The notes under the pieces: generated by a model
Told to the model about the DNA's origin: nothing
What the model saw: the letters and a program-made list of their open reading frames with translations, nothing else
The model's database searches: none
Shown here: positions 27,110-38,342 of the stretch, in pieces
Numbering within the stretch: position 1 is the first letter of the stretch
Layout: the number at the start of each line of letters is the position of its first letter
Program-made: the position numbers and the translations under genes
NCBI GenBank assembly: GCA_964247055.1
Contig: OZ176055.1
Span: 7,998,001-8,062,000, forward strand
DNA: 64,000 nucleotides
Reading direction: 5' to 3'
From: Paragordius varius
Lineage: Eukaryota; Animalia; Nematomorpha

Positions 27110-28793
27110 ATGAAAAGGTCATTCTCTTATTTGGATTCATTTCATTCACTTCGTGCTTTATCTTATGTGTGTGCTCTCATATGCTTCAGTTTAAGCGGAG
27201 TTGGTCAGGCACAAGTCGCAAGTGTGGGAGCTCCAGGGTCTCCAGTCGTTTCTGTTGGTGGAGGTTCCCAAGTCCTTCAATCCATAAGCGATCGTCCAGT
27301 GACTGAGGTAATTTTATAAAAACTCTGATATCAATATAAAAATATGATTATTGGAAATTTGAAGTTAATTTTTGTAAGTGTCAGTTAAAAAATAGTAGGA
27401 AAAAAATATGTAAATTAAAAAACGCAAGATCATTACACTAAACAAAAGGGAGAAAGGCGAAGGGATATTCCCATAACATCACTTTTCAAATTTTACTGTA
27501 CCATTATCGTCTGATTTTTTCTGTCCGTTGCTTTTATTTTTCATTTTTATAAGAGATTTTTGGTTTTAGTTTTTTATTTTTACTGTATACATAAACCCAT
27601 ACAAATGTAGACATTAATACATAGATTTGTATGTGTCTTCTAATTAATGTCTCTTATGTCTAAGGTGGTGAATGTGGCAGTGCCTGCAACTCAAAGAACC
27701 ATTGTTCAAAGCATTGTTCCAGCAGGGAGTGTCGGATCCCTTCAACAAGGCCCATATCAGCAAGTTCAACCATTCCAAGCACCTCCTTCCTACGTCGTGC
27801 CAGGTGTGGCTGGTGCATGGCCTGGAGATGTCCGTGGACGACAACGTGGTAGAGGCCTATTCCTAATCAAAGGTTGTCCATGTGTTATCATTAAAGTTAA
27901 AAACTACACTTAATTTGATTCTTTTAGAGAATGAGCTTAGTAGATGTATAATAATTGTTTGAAAAAGCTTGAAAAAATATGGTTGATAGAAAAATTTATA
28001 AATACATTGTTTGTGACCGTTCCGTTTAATGGCTGAACACTTTTTTATAAACATATGAGTTACAACTTAATACATAAAAAATCATTTGTATCCATGAACG
28101 CTTTACATTAGGCCTAAAACAACAACCCATTTTTTATTTATAAGCAATTTATATGCATATTTTCATTAGGTTAATCTTACATAATAACTGTTTAATTTGG
28201 CGATTTGTGTTCAGTTATATTGAATAGATTGACCTAAGAATGAGCTCTGTTTAACTATTAAATTTTTGATAAAATTTAAACAAAATATTTAATGAAACAA
28301 TTAAATTGCTTTTAAGATTAGTACGGCACAAACAAATAAGAAACGATTAAATATCAATACATAATTTTTTGCAATCCACCTTATAAGCATATCTTTAAAA
28401 AATTAACTAGATACTTTATAAACGGCCACAATTACCCGCATAATTTGTTAAAACCGCTATACCCAATTCCATATAAATATTACAGTTATTAATTATATTA
28501 ATGCCAATCAATCATATTTATCATTATATAGATTGTATTTTAACAAACTGCACAACGTATTGCCGAACGGGTTACATCTATGATCGTTTTGGATGTCCTC
28601 TCTGTTTTTGCCGAAAACAAAATTTATGTAATTCCATTTTTGTATTCTTTCCCAAATTATTTTTTCATCTCCAAAGTTTTGTTAAGAATATTGATAAAAT
28701 ATATTATATTTTTTAGTGTGCAAGTCTCTGCCAGAAGATTGTTCACCTGGGTGTGGACGTTTAGTTGGACCTTGTCCACAATGTGTTTGTTAA
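27110..28793 (+). CDS. Secreted low-complexity protein with two C-terminal antistasin-like Cys-rich domains (~185-195 aa)
   Basis: Exons 27110-27307 (hydrophobic signal peptide ...LRALSYVCALICFSLSGVGQA), 27665-27848 (alternative donor 27872), 28532-28627 (CILTNCTTYCRTGYIYDRFGCPLCFC = C-x4-C-x3-C-x10-C-x2-C-x-C, antistasin spacing) and 28717-28793 (CKSLPEDCSPGCGRLVGPCPQCVC-stop). All junctions are GT-AG and phase-compatible. Confidence 0.72.
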
Positions 28794-31198
28794 ACGGTAT
28801 CTATCATTGCTTAAGAAAGGCTAAAATATTTTTTTTATAGAAATACCCATATAACTTAATTTAATGTAATGATTTATATTTCAAAGTAATTAAATCATGA
28901 CCATCAGCCATCATATTGTGCCAATCATATATATTTAGTTTAGCTATTATCCTTATATCATATTGACCAATCTCAAATGTGTAAAATGAAAAATTAAATA
29001 ATTTCCAATTATTCATACAGTTAATGTTGTGTATTATCTCAAATAATTCATTCCATGTTTTTTTTGTGAAAATTACTAATAAATAAATGTCTTTTTATGT
29101 ATCGCATTTATGGGTCAAGTCGATCGGCCAAATAATATATAGTACCATACCGATTTTCCGTAAATTATTTTTTAAAAATCACACATGCTATCTTGTTTCT
29201 ATTCTTGAGTATAAAACAGATACTTATAGAGGAATTTGGAATGAAATTATCTCAAATACTCCAAATAATATTTTTTTATTCAATTGAAAATAAAAACATT
29301 TACTTACCGACTGCTGTAATTTTTGTTAAAAAGGCCTTTGTATTTATATGAATATTCTGTAAAAGAAGTAAGAGGAATGATGTTTAATCGTACAATCAAA
29401 TCTTTTTTGTAACTTATTTGTGAGGTCACGCTTTTATACTTTTAGCGATAAATAGATTCTGATTTTTTATGCGCCTAACCAGTTAATAATTATAAATAAA
29501 AACATAACCGTATTTTATCCAGATAAATAAATGTATGAAGATTTGCATGGTGTTTTTGATTTGAGTACAAGCAATTTAAGACTTATCAACCGTTTTATTT
29601 ATTTTGTAGACGAATACGCTTTGGTGTAATTTTGTACCGAGTTTAAACTTGCAAATATAACTTTGTTTTGAAACTTGCTTTGTAAAAATTTAATGTCAAA
29701 CAATGTTCTCATGTATTAAAGCTTTTTTTATATTTTCTAAAGTTTAAAATTTGAATAAATGCAAAACCTTTTTGTAAAAACAGCTGATTTTAAAATCTAT
29801 GTATATCTAAAATTTATTGCTAGAACTTATTATAAAATTTTTCGAAGGTTAATTATTTAAATTTTTTAATCAATACATTTATTTGCCCGATTTCTTAAAA
29901 TTCGAAGGAAAAATGGCAGCGTATAAGTTGGATATGGATTTTTTACATTTTACAATTTTAAGATAAATATTTATGAATCATATGAGTAAAATTGAAAAAT
30001 ACATATTTATTTTGGACACATATCTTAACTTTCTATAGTATCGAATTCAGAATCTTTCATGGGAGCGAAACTACCCTTAGAGGTAATAAAAATGGTTATA
30101 CTTTTGTGCTAATCTCTTCATATGTAAAAATAGCACCTATAGATATTCACATGCTTTTTAAGAACTGGATGATTGATTCTAGTAATTTCATTGAAATGTT
30201 TCATAAAAAAGAGCAAAACAGTTTTCATATTTGGACTGCGAAAGTCTCAAATTTTTGGACCCCTGTGAAATGGGCTAGTTGATAAATAAAAAATTCCAAG
30301 ATTGTGCGATAAAATTTTTAATTTTGGCAAAATAATGTTGAACTGTGTTTTAAGTATTATTAAGTATGGTGGAAACGATATGACAGCATATATAATTAAA
30401 TGATGCTAAGCATTTCTATCAAGATCAGTGGCATTCACCAAAAAACAAATAAAAAAATTTTTTACTCAATGACCAGAACATAATACCGACAAATATTGTA
30501 TATATTCATATATAAATACTTATCAACTAAATAGTACACCTAAATTCTTAGCGGGTTTACACAAATATTTTCATAACATATTCTAAAAAATGATTTTTAA
30601 CCTTATTTGACAAACTGATTATCACAATAGGCCAATCCAACGCCATATCTCAATGTCTTCTGAATATTTTTTTATATGCCGCTTCGATGTAAGTTGAGAC
30701 CAAACAATAAGGATAATTTTAGCTTAATTCATATTTTAAGATTTGAAATATCTTGCCAAAACTCAATATATTAATCCTTTGGATTAATCATTAAAATCGA
30801 TAAAATCTTTAACAAGATGCGTATGATCAAAACCGAAGTATTAGTTTCAAATAAAAACCAATAATGCTTATCATAAAATATAATTTTATGATTGAGAAAA
30901 TACCAAACAAAATTATACAATTTTTGTAAGGGATAAAACTATATTATATTTTAATACTCGGATACTACGCACTGATTACAATCATGGTTTGCGCCTTTCA
31001 TATACGGATGCACGAAAATATGTAAAATAATTCATTTAAAAACATGAATTACATAGTTTTTTGAGCCTTAAAGTAAAAATTAAGTCTCGACTTGTGTGCC
31101 TTAGCTAAATATAATAATCATTATGATCCACTTTTTCTCATTATAGCCTAATATAAAATATGATTTAAATAAAAAAATAGCCTTAAATTTACCGTTAA

Positions 31199-31303
31199 CA
31201 CTTGGAAACTACACATTCATTTCATTCCTTCGATTCAAATTGAGGTAGTTGGATACCCCAGGCTTGTTTTAGGTATTTAGATAACCCAATTTGAATCGAA
31301 GTG
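31199..31303. mobile_element. 105-bp miniature family D element in inverted orientation
   Basis: TTAA|CACTTGGA...CCCAATTTGAATCGAAGTG|TTAA; retains only the two termini. Confidence 0.7.
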
Positions 31304-31381
31304 TTAAAATCAAAAAAACGGTATTTTGCAAAAATCAAACTTGTTTGATATGGGTTGTTTTTTTATATAATATTTTATTAA

Positions 31382-31947
31382 CACTTCTATTCAAATTGGG
31401 GTATCTAAATACCCCAGGCTAAATTAAAATTATTATTCAAATACTACCGAAGGAAACGTCCCAATTTAAATTTATGCTTCTATCCTAATAAAAATTATGT
31501 AAATATGCCAAAATATCTTATAAAAATGTTGTTTTGAAAGTTCCATGTCAAAGTTACTTCGACGCCATTTTTTTACAAAATTTTTGCAAAATATCGTCTT
31601 ATTTAATTTTAAGGGTAAAATTAAAGCTAATTATTTATTTAAATTACCTCAAACATAGATGGAAATAGAAAAAGGGGTTTATTTTGGATTATATTTTAAT
31701 TTTACAATTTTACACATGTCACGTGGACAAGATTTTTACGTTTCGGTTTTAGCTTTATATAAGTAATATCAAGTATTATTGAATAAAATATTTAATATAT
31801 TTCGGTTTATTAATGTTATATAGGTTAAAAATTTCGCCATGGTTTAGATTTCTTCAAAATTTTTAAAGTATTTGATCTTAAACAGGCCTGGGGTATCCAA
31901 CTACCCCAATAATCGAAGGACTAAAATGAGTGTGTTGTATCCAAGTG
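31382..31947. mobile_element. piggyBac-like family D copy 2
   Basis: TTAA|CACTTCTATTCAAATTGGGG...GTATCCAAGTG|TTAA. Confidence 0.8.
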
Positions 31948-32110
31948 TTAATATATTAAAACTTATATATTTTTTTAGAAGTTTAAATTTGAATTGAAAC
32001 CGTTTTTTCCAGTAGTTATATTAAAATATCAACTTTAATATATTCTGGGGTCATTAGATATTCCAATTTATTCGATATGTTAAAATAAAAATATTGTAAG
32101 TTTTGTTTAA

Positions 32111-35100
32111 ATGAATGCGCATTTAATCCTTCGAGTTTTAGCTACCACAGTCAAAGCCACAAATGAAGCCGGAGAAATTATTCGTAATATATTGAAAAAG
32201 GGGAATCTTAAAGTTGTGGAGAAGGTTTTTTTACCGGTTATATTTTGTAGGCCGCTTTTGATTATCAAACTGAAGCAGATCGTCAATCTCAACGACTTAT
32301 CTGCAATGCACTTAAGAATGAGTTTCCCACCATAAAAATTGTTGGCGAGGAAGATATTCCAGATTCAAAAGTTTAACTTTTTTTACGTTAAGGTTGTTTT
32401 AAACTATGAAATAAAATCTAAAGTGCACAAAGATATATTAAATATGAAATGCCCTTCACATCTGCAAGATATACCCTTGTCTGAAGTTAATTCCAATTTA
32501 TATAAAAGTTAGTGATATGGGTGGATCCATTAGATGGTACATCAGAATTTACAGAAGGTATCATAATTTTTTCATAAAGTTTCTATAATTTTTTTAAAAA
32601 ACCAACTTTTATAAACATTAGGACATTTGGAACATGTAACTGTATTGGTCGGAATCGGTTATAAGGGAAAGGCTATAGGCGGTGCCTTATGCCAGCCATT
32701 TTATAAGCGGGTTTTACAATTAACAGGAAATCAGGATTTATCCAAAGATAACATATCATTAGCCGATGAACATGGAAGAATAATTTGGGCTTTGGAAGGT
32801 TAGGACCTACTTAAATTTTTGTAAAAATTATATGATTAAATCTTTCTTTAAAATTTTTATTATCTTGTTTAACTCGAGTATTAATTGGAAACTCCAACTT
32901 ATAAATTTATTTAAAATTATTTTTTTATAAACTAAAATCGTTTTTTAATAAGATAAGAATAACTCCTATATAGTAAGATTATTTCATGTATCACAATGTG
33001 GATCTATGTTGTAATAATTAACTAATAAATTAATATCTGTAATTTATCAATTATATATCGTTGGAGTGAGAATTTCTAGACCATATCAAATGTTATTAAA
33101 TTGGAATTTTTATTTATATATTATCCAAATTACACAAATGATAGATGATGATTTAAAACAGGATTGCATTAAATTATTTTTTACAATAAAGATTTACTGT
33201 AATATACTATTTTAAGTGTCTTCCATATAATAAATTTTTATTAAACAAACCAAAAGTTTTTGTAATAACTGTTGTTAAATCCGTAGAATAAGGATAATCG
33301 AAAATTACAATTTTAAAAGATAAAACATGTAAAATAATTTGCATCGTCTGGATCTATCATATAATGCTTTGATGATAAATTAATATTCTAATACCGGGGT
33401 GTTCAACACAATTGGCTTTGCGCGGTCCACATTCGCAAAATATATGAGAATGAACAAATATTTTACAGTTTAAAGGTTGCTTGTTTCACACTATAGTAGG
33501 GCGATTTGCAACACAATAGTGTATGGAATAACAACAAAATGTTGAATAAACAATTATTTTTCTTTTTTTCATACACTTTCCTGTGTTGCGAATTGTCCTA
33601 CTATAGTGTGAAATAATCAACCATTAATATGCATACTGTATAAGATTTTAAGCATAAGACTGTGAAAAACTATATACAAACATTTTTTGCTACTTCATTG
33701 CCGAAATTCGTAAAAAATTATCCAGAAAATTCTTTTTTTAAAAAATATTTTTTCTTAGTTTTGCTAAAATTTTGTTTTCAAAATTACTCTCGGCCTGCAA
33801 AAATATTTTAACAAACTTGACACTCTTCTATATATGGTTAAATTTTTATAATAAAAAGGGCATATTTGAGATTACTAGAAAAAATAGAAAAAGTTTTTCA
33901 ATCACAGTTTAAGTGCCTATATAAACAATTTTATAGTGAGAAAGATACTGTTTTTTTAACTAAAAATATATATTATATTATTTTTTTCTTTAATCCATTA
34001 TCTAAAAAGCGAGTTTATTAACTTTATAATTTTGTATGCGTCAAACGAAATATTGTTTTAGGTTTAGGTGTTTACGGGCTAGAAAAACGCACATTACCCA
34101 AAGATAAATTTATAATTTGTACGACAAATTCACACCGAAGTGCCATAGTTTCTGAAGCCATAAATGCCCTTAATCCTAGTCAAGTCATTCATGTCGGAGG
34201 TTGTGGAATGAAGGTAATTTATAAATAAAAATTGCATATTTGCTTTATAACTCATATTTTTGTTTTGGTAGAATTAAAGTTAAAAATAAATATAACGGTT
34301 TTATAATTATTTTTCTAATACTAATTTAACGTTTTCAGTATTAAATTGTCATATAATATGTTATAACCATATATTTTTACCAATAAAATTCTTTTTTATT
34401 ATGTCATACTTTTAAAGTTTTATGCATATTCAATTTAAATACTTTAGTTATTATTTCTTAAAATCCTTTTTTATAATGTATTTTAAATCGATTCTCCCCC
34501 AAATTTTAGCATAAAAATATTTCTTTTACAAAATCAAATATTTAAATTGGCAGGATCTTTGTGTGCCTTATAATTTATTAACTTATAATAATTTAACAAA
34601 AAAAAGTGTTTTTACCTCATTGTTTAACCTTTTCTGAGTCCCTATTACAATAAGTCCATACATATTCTATAATGAAAGGGGAAGGGGGGGGGGGGAATTG
34701 CATATAAAAAGTAAAAATTTACTATATCTAGGTTTTAATGGTGATTGAAGGCGTAGCTCATGCCTATGTTTATGCCAGCAAAGGCAGTAAAAAATGGGAC
34801 ACGTGTGCCCCTGAAGCCATTCTCAATGCTAATCATGGCCATTTAACTGATATTTGTGGGAACGCCATCGATTATAGTTATAGCTCTACACCACAAAATA
34901 ATCAAGCTAATGAAGTAAATTGCAAATATATTTGGATTATAAATATATTTAAACTTTGGGATTATAAGAATGTTTACAGATGTTATTTTAGGGTCCATTA
35001 TTAGCATAAAAGAATATAAATTTTGTTTTAATTCTTTAGACAATTTTTAGATTTTATATTGGGTTCGATACTTAAAAGTTGGTCCATGGAAAATTTATTT

Positions 35101-35457
35101 TAATTTAAACCTTTAAGTTAACATTTTAAAACGGTATATTCAAATATTTAACACTAGCTCGCACGCATATCCTTTTTTAAATTATTATTTATGCTTATTT
35201 TTGACATGTGCAGTTAACTGTATCTGACCACCTTATATGTTTCTTTTAATTACCTCTTTACCTCATTTAATTTATAAAACATTTTCTTTAAAAAAAACAA
35301 GGTTATAACCGATGCAAATAGCCCCTGGGTTCATAATTATCTCGGTATCGTAGCGACTCACGAATCAGTCAATCATGCTGATGTTATCGCCAAAATTCCG
35401 CAACACATTAAGGACAAATTGATTGTTGAACGCAATGCAATACTTGAAAACAAATGA
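32111..35457 (+). CDS. BPNT1: 3'(2'),5'-bisphosphate nucleotidase 1 (inositol monophosphatase superfamily)
   Basis: Exons 32111-32224, 32251-32370, 32393-32485, 32509-32557, 32622-32798, 34062-34213, 34732-34914, 35302-35457. Motifs [48 protein letters not shown]. Confidence 0.93.
33466..33638. mobile_element. Palindromic Tc1/mariner-type MITE, family B copy 2 (in a BPNT1 intron)
   Basis: TA|CAGT...gcatACTG|TA with long inverted arms (cactatagtaggg / cctactatagtg). Confidence 0.7.
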
Positions 35458-36336
35458 TGACATTTGATTTTATAACTGAAAAAGTCAATATTTTAAGTTT
35501 TTTGAAACCAAAAACAAAAATGGTTTGAGAATTATGTAAACTCGTGTTTGTATGCTATGATCTTATCTGCATTAATGCCAAAATTAGTAGCCAAATGTTT
35601 TAGCAATTATTATTTATACTATGGATTAAATAAATTTTAACCAATATATATATATATAATAAATTTATACGGGCATCGATATCATTTATAAATTTTAGTG
35701 GTTTTTAGGTTTATTTTTTATTAATTGTTTTTAATTAATATCATTAAAGAGTATTAAATATATAAATTTTAAATTTAGTAAAATTTAATCAAAAAAATAC
35801 GTTTATTTTTTATTTTTGGTAGTGTGAAAATGCTATTTTTAATCTGAATCGCCCATTTATTTCAAATATCTTTGAAGACGCGCATGCTTAATCACAATAT
35901 ATTTTAATACCCAAATTTTCTAATTGATGAAGGAATTTTATTTTCCACCGTTTTATGAACTGTTACAATGCTACGCTCTGCACTCCAGCAATTTCGTAAG
36001 GTAACGAACGGTATTTTACATTTGAACATCTTTCTTAGTTTTATAAAACAAATACCATATTTGAAATCAATCTGTTTATATTAAATTTTTTAATTTTATC
36101 TATAATTTTCAAACTTCGCCGATGGATATTTTAAATAAAATAATGCCTTTTAGGATAATTTCCAAATTAAACAATGAAATTTTTAGTATTATTACAAATT
36201 ATGAAAATTGCACTGAAAGCGGTAAAAGGTTTGATGATGTATGATGGATTTATATTTATGGATGAATTAATCATAGGTGATAAGTCAAGTGAAAAAATGG
36301 TAAATTATATGCAATATTATTAAAGTTCATAGTTCC

Positions 36337-36339
<3 letters not shown>

Positions 36340-36390
<51 letters not shown>
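36340..36390. repeat. (TA)n microsatellite
   Basis: Pure TA run; shorter runs at about 1847-1872, 46021-46044 and 62071-62105. Confidence 0.95.
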
Positions 36391-36393
<3 letters not shown>

Positions 36394-36612
36394 GTGTACA
36401 AATTTTCGGAGTATATACTTTTGTTTTTATTAAATTAAAAATATTGTTTTAACTTCTTTAAATTTTGGGTTGTTTATACGTTAAAACTTATTTGGGGCTG
36501 CAAATTCTATTATTTACGGCATGCGCTACTAGAGATTGTATAAATTGTTATAGTAAAAAAATGAGTTAAAAACAATTAGTGATTCGAAAAAATTAATATA
36601 TCATTTTTTTGA

Positions 36613-37054
36613 TTAAACATCTGTATGATTATTTTTTTGGTTTTTATCTGGTAGCGATGATGTAGATTTCCCAGTCTTTTCTGTTAATTTATTAATTTTT
36701 TCATTCTCCGCCCATTTTTCTTCGTCCTCAAGCAATTTTCTCAAGTCCATTACAGTTTTTACTTCTGCAAATAATGTCAAATCATACTTTTAACATTGTG
36801 ATTTTTATAGTATCCGAAATAGGAGATTAGAATGATACCTAAAGCTAAGATACAAAACAGAGCAATCCCTAACGGTATATAAGTCGAATGTTCCGTAACG
36901 TGTCGTTTAACACTGTATTCTTTAGTTTAGAAATTTTAGAGAATAAAATTATACCAAAGTACATTGGATATAGGCGGTGGTTTTTTAATGTGCTATTATT
37001 ATTTTCTGAGTTAAGTAAAGTGGTGGTGGTTTTTGTAGTAAGATATATGCGCAT
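36613..37054 (-). CDS. Small single-pass membrane protein of unknown function (Thr-rich N-terminus, one TM helix, charged tail)
   Basis: Exons 36955-37054, 36788-36919, 36613-36764 joined by 35-nt and 23-nt GT-AG introns give MRIYLTTKTTTT...STYIPLGIALFCILALGIILISYFGYYKNHNVKKVKTVMDLRKLLEDEEKWAENEK...TDV-stop. The start may instead be spliced to the upstream Kunitz gene. Confidence 0.6.
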
Positions 37055-37181
37055 AGCTAATTTTATTATTTATACAAACGTTTCTAAATTCTAAAATTAT
37101 ATATATTGTTTTATGTAACCATCCTATATTAAATTTACTTTTATAATGTATGCCAGATATAAATTTATTGCAAGATGAAAT

Positions 37182-38342
37182 TTATGAATTGTAATTTATA
37201 CAGGTGTCAATACATTCTGACAATAAATTAAAATTATTTTCATTTCCTTCACAACCGCCCCAAACAAATAAGCGACATCTTCGGGTTCGAGTATCATAAA
37301 AGTATCTTTTTTGAAAATTGGTGCAATCTCCAAGAACAGGGGGTAAGGTACAGATATTTGGAATAACTTATTAATTGTCATAAAATATTTAATATGCAAC
37401 GAGAAAATTTTGACAATATAGTTAATTTATATAAGTGGATCTGTTTCCCTATAAAATATATGCATTCGGTCTGCTCTTAAAATAGCTGTTTGCTAGAATA
37501 ACCTAAAATTTAAGAAATGCGATTTTTTATTACCAGTGCAAATCAATTGATTAGCGTAATGATTTTTGTAACAAAGTCCTATTATTAGCCTGCAAACACC
37601 ATATCCTTTCTGCAAAGTCCAAAATTTTAGGATCATAATGAACCAAAATAATGATGAAATTAAAATTTAGCCAAATCGTTTTTTAAAAAATGTGTTTTAA
37701 TCCCCAAAATTTGCATATCCTTTCTGTAAAAAGGACTATAATGAACCAAAATGATATTAAAAAAAAGTTTAAAAAAATGATTTTTTTAAAAAAAATGGGT
37801 TATTATCCCGTGAGCCGTGTACTTATATTTTGGGCGATTCATATAGAGCGCTTTGGTATATATGTACAATAAAATATTAAAATAAAGATTAATCCGAAAA
37901 ATTTACATCTATTGCGTTTTATGCAATTGTTATCACATTCTGCTGCTGTGACATACAAATTGACATTATCATTGCATCCATTGTAGTCAAACCTCTCACA
38001 ACTTAATGTACTTGGGGAATAGTAAAAAGTCCCTTTATTTGCTAAAAAGAAATAAATTAGTAGCAATTAAATTTTTAGACGTTATTTTATATGAAGACGT
38101 ATACGTTTTTTGCCATCATAGTAGGAGCTGGGATCATCATTGGAAATATTGCATTTTGTTTGACATTCTCTCAAACTTTTGAATATGTTTGTCGTACTCT
38201 TACATGGATAACTGATAAATTCCGTGCAATATTCGGTTGAGGGGTCGTATGAAGCCTGCCTTAATATTGATTCAATGAGTGGAATAAATACATTAATAGT
38301 TACGAGGATAATTGCGATCTGACATCTTGAAGATATTATCAT
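37182..38342 (-). CDS. Secreted Kunitz/BPTI-type protease inhibitor-like protein (two truncated plus one canonical Kunitz domain, ~185 aa)
   Basis: Exons 38105-38342 (signal peptide MIISSRCQIAIILVTINVFIPLIES, then YDPSTEYCTEFISYPCKSTTNIFKSLRECQTKC), 37907-38041 (FYYSPSTLSCERFDYNGCNDNVNLYVTAAECDNNC), 37182-37366 (ICTLPPVLGDCTNFQKRYFYDTRTRRCRLFVWGGCEGNENNFNLLSECIDTC). Both introns phase 1, GT-AG. Confidence 0.85.

Noticed and set aside
29295-29320. ACTTACC motif as a U1 snRNA 5' end
   Set aside because: No downstream U1 stem-loops or Sm site recognisable.
37600-37790. About 115-bp tandem duplication in a Kunitz intron
   Set aside because: Two degenerate copies only, with no termini or coding signal; too weak to interpret.
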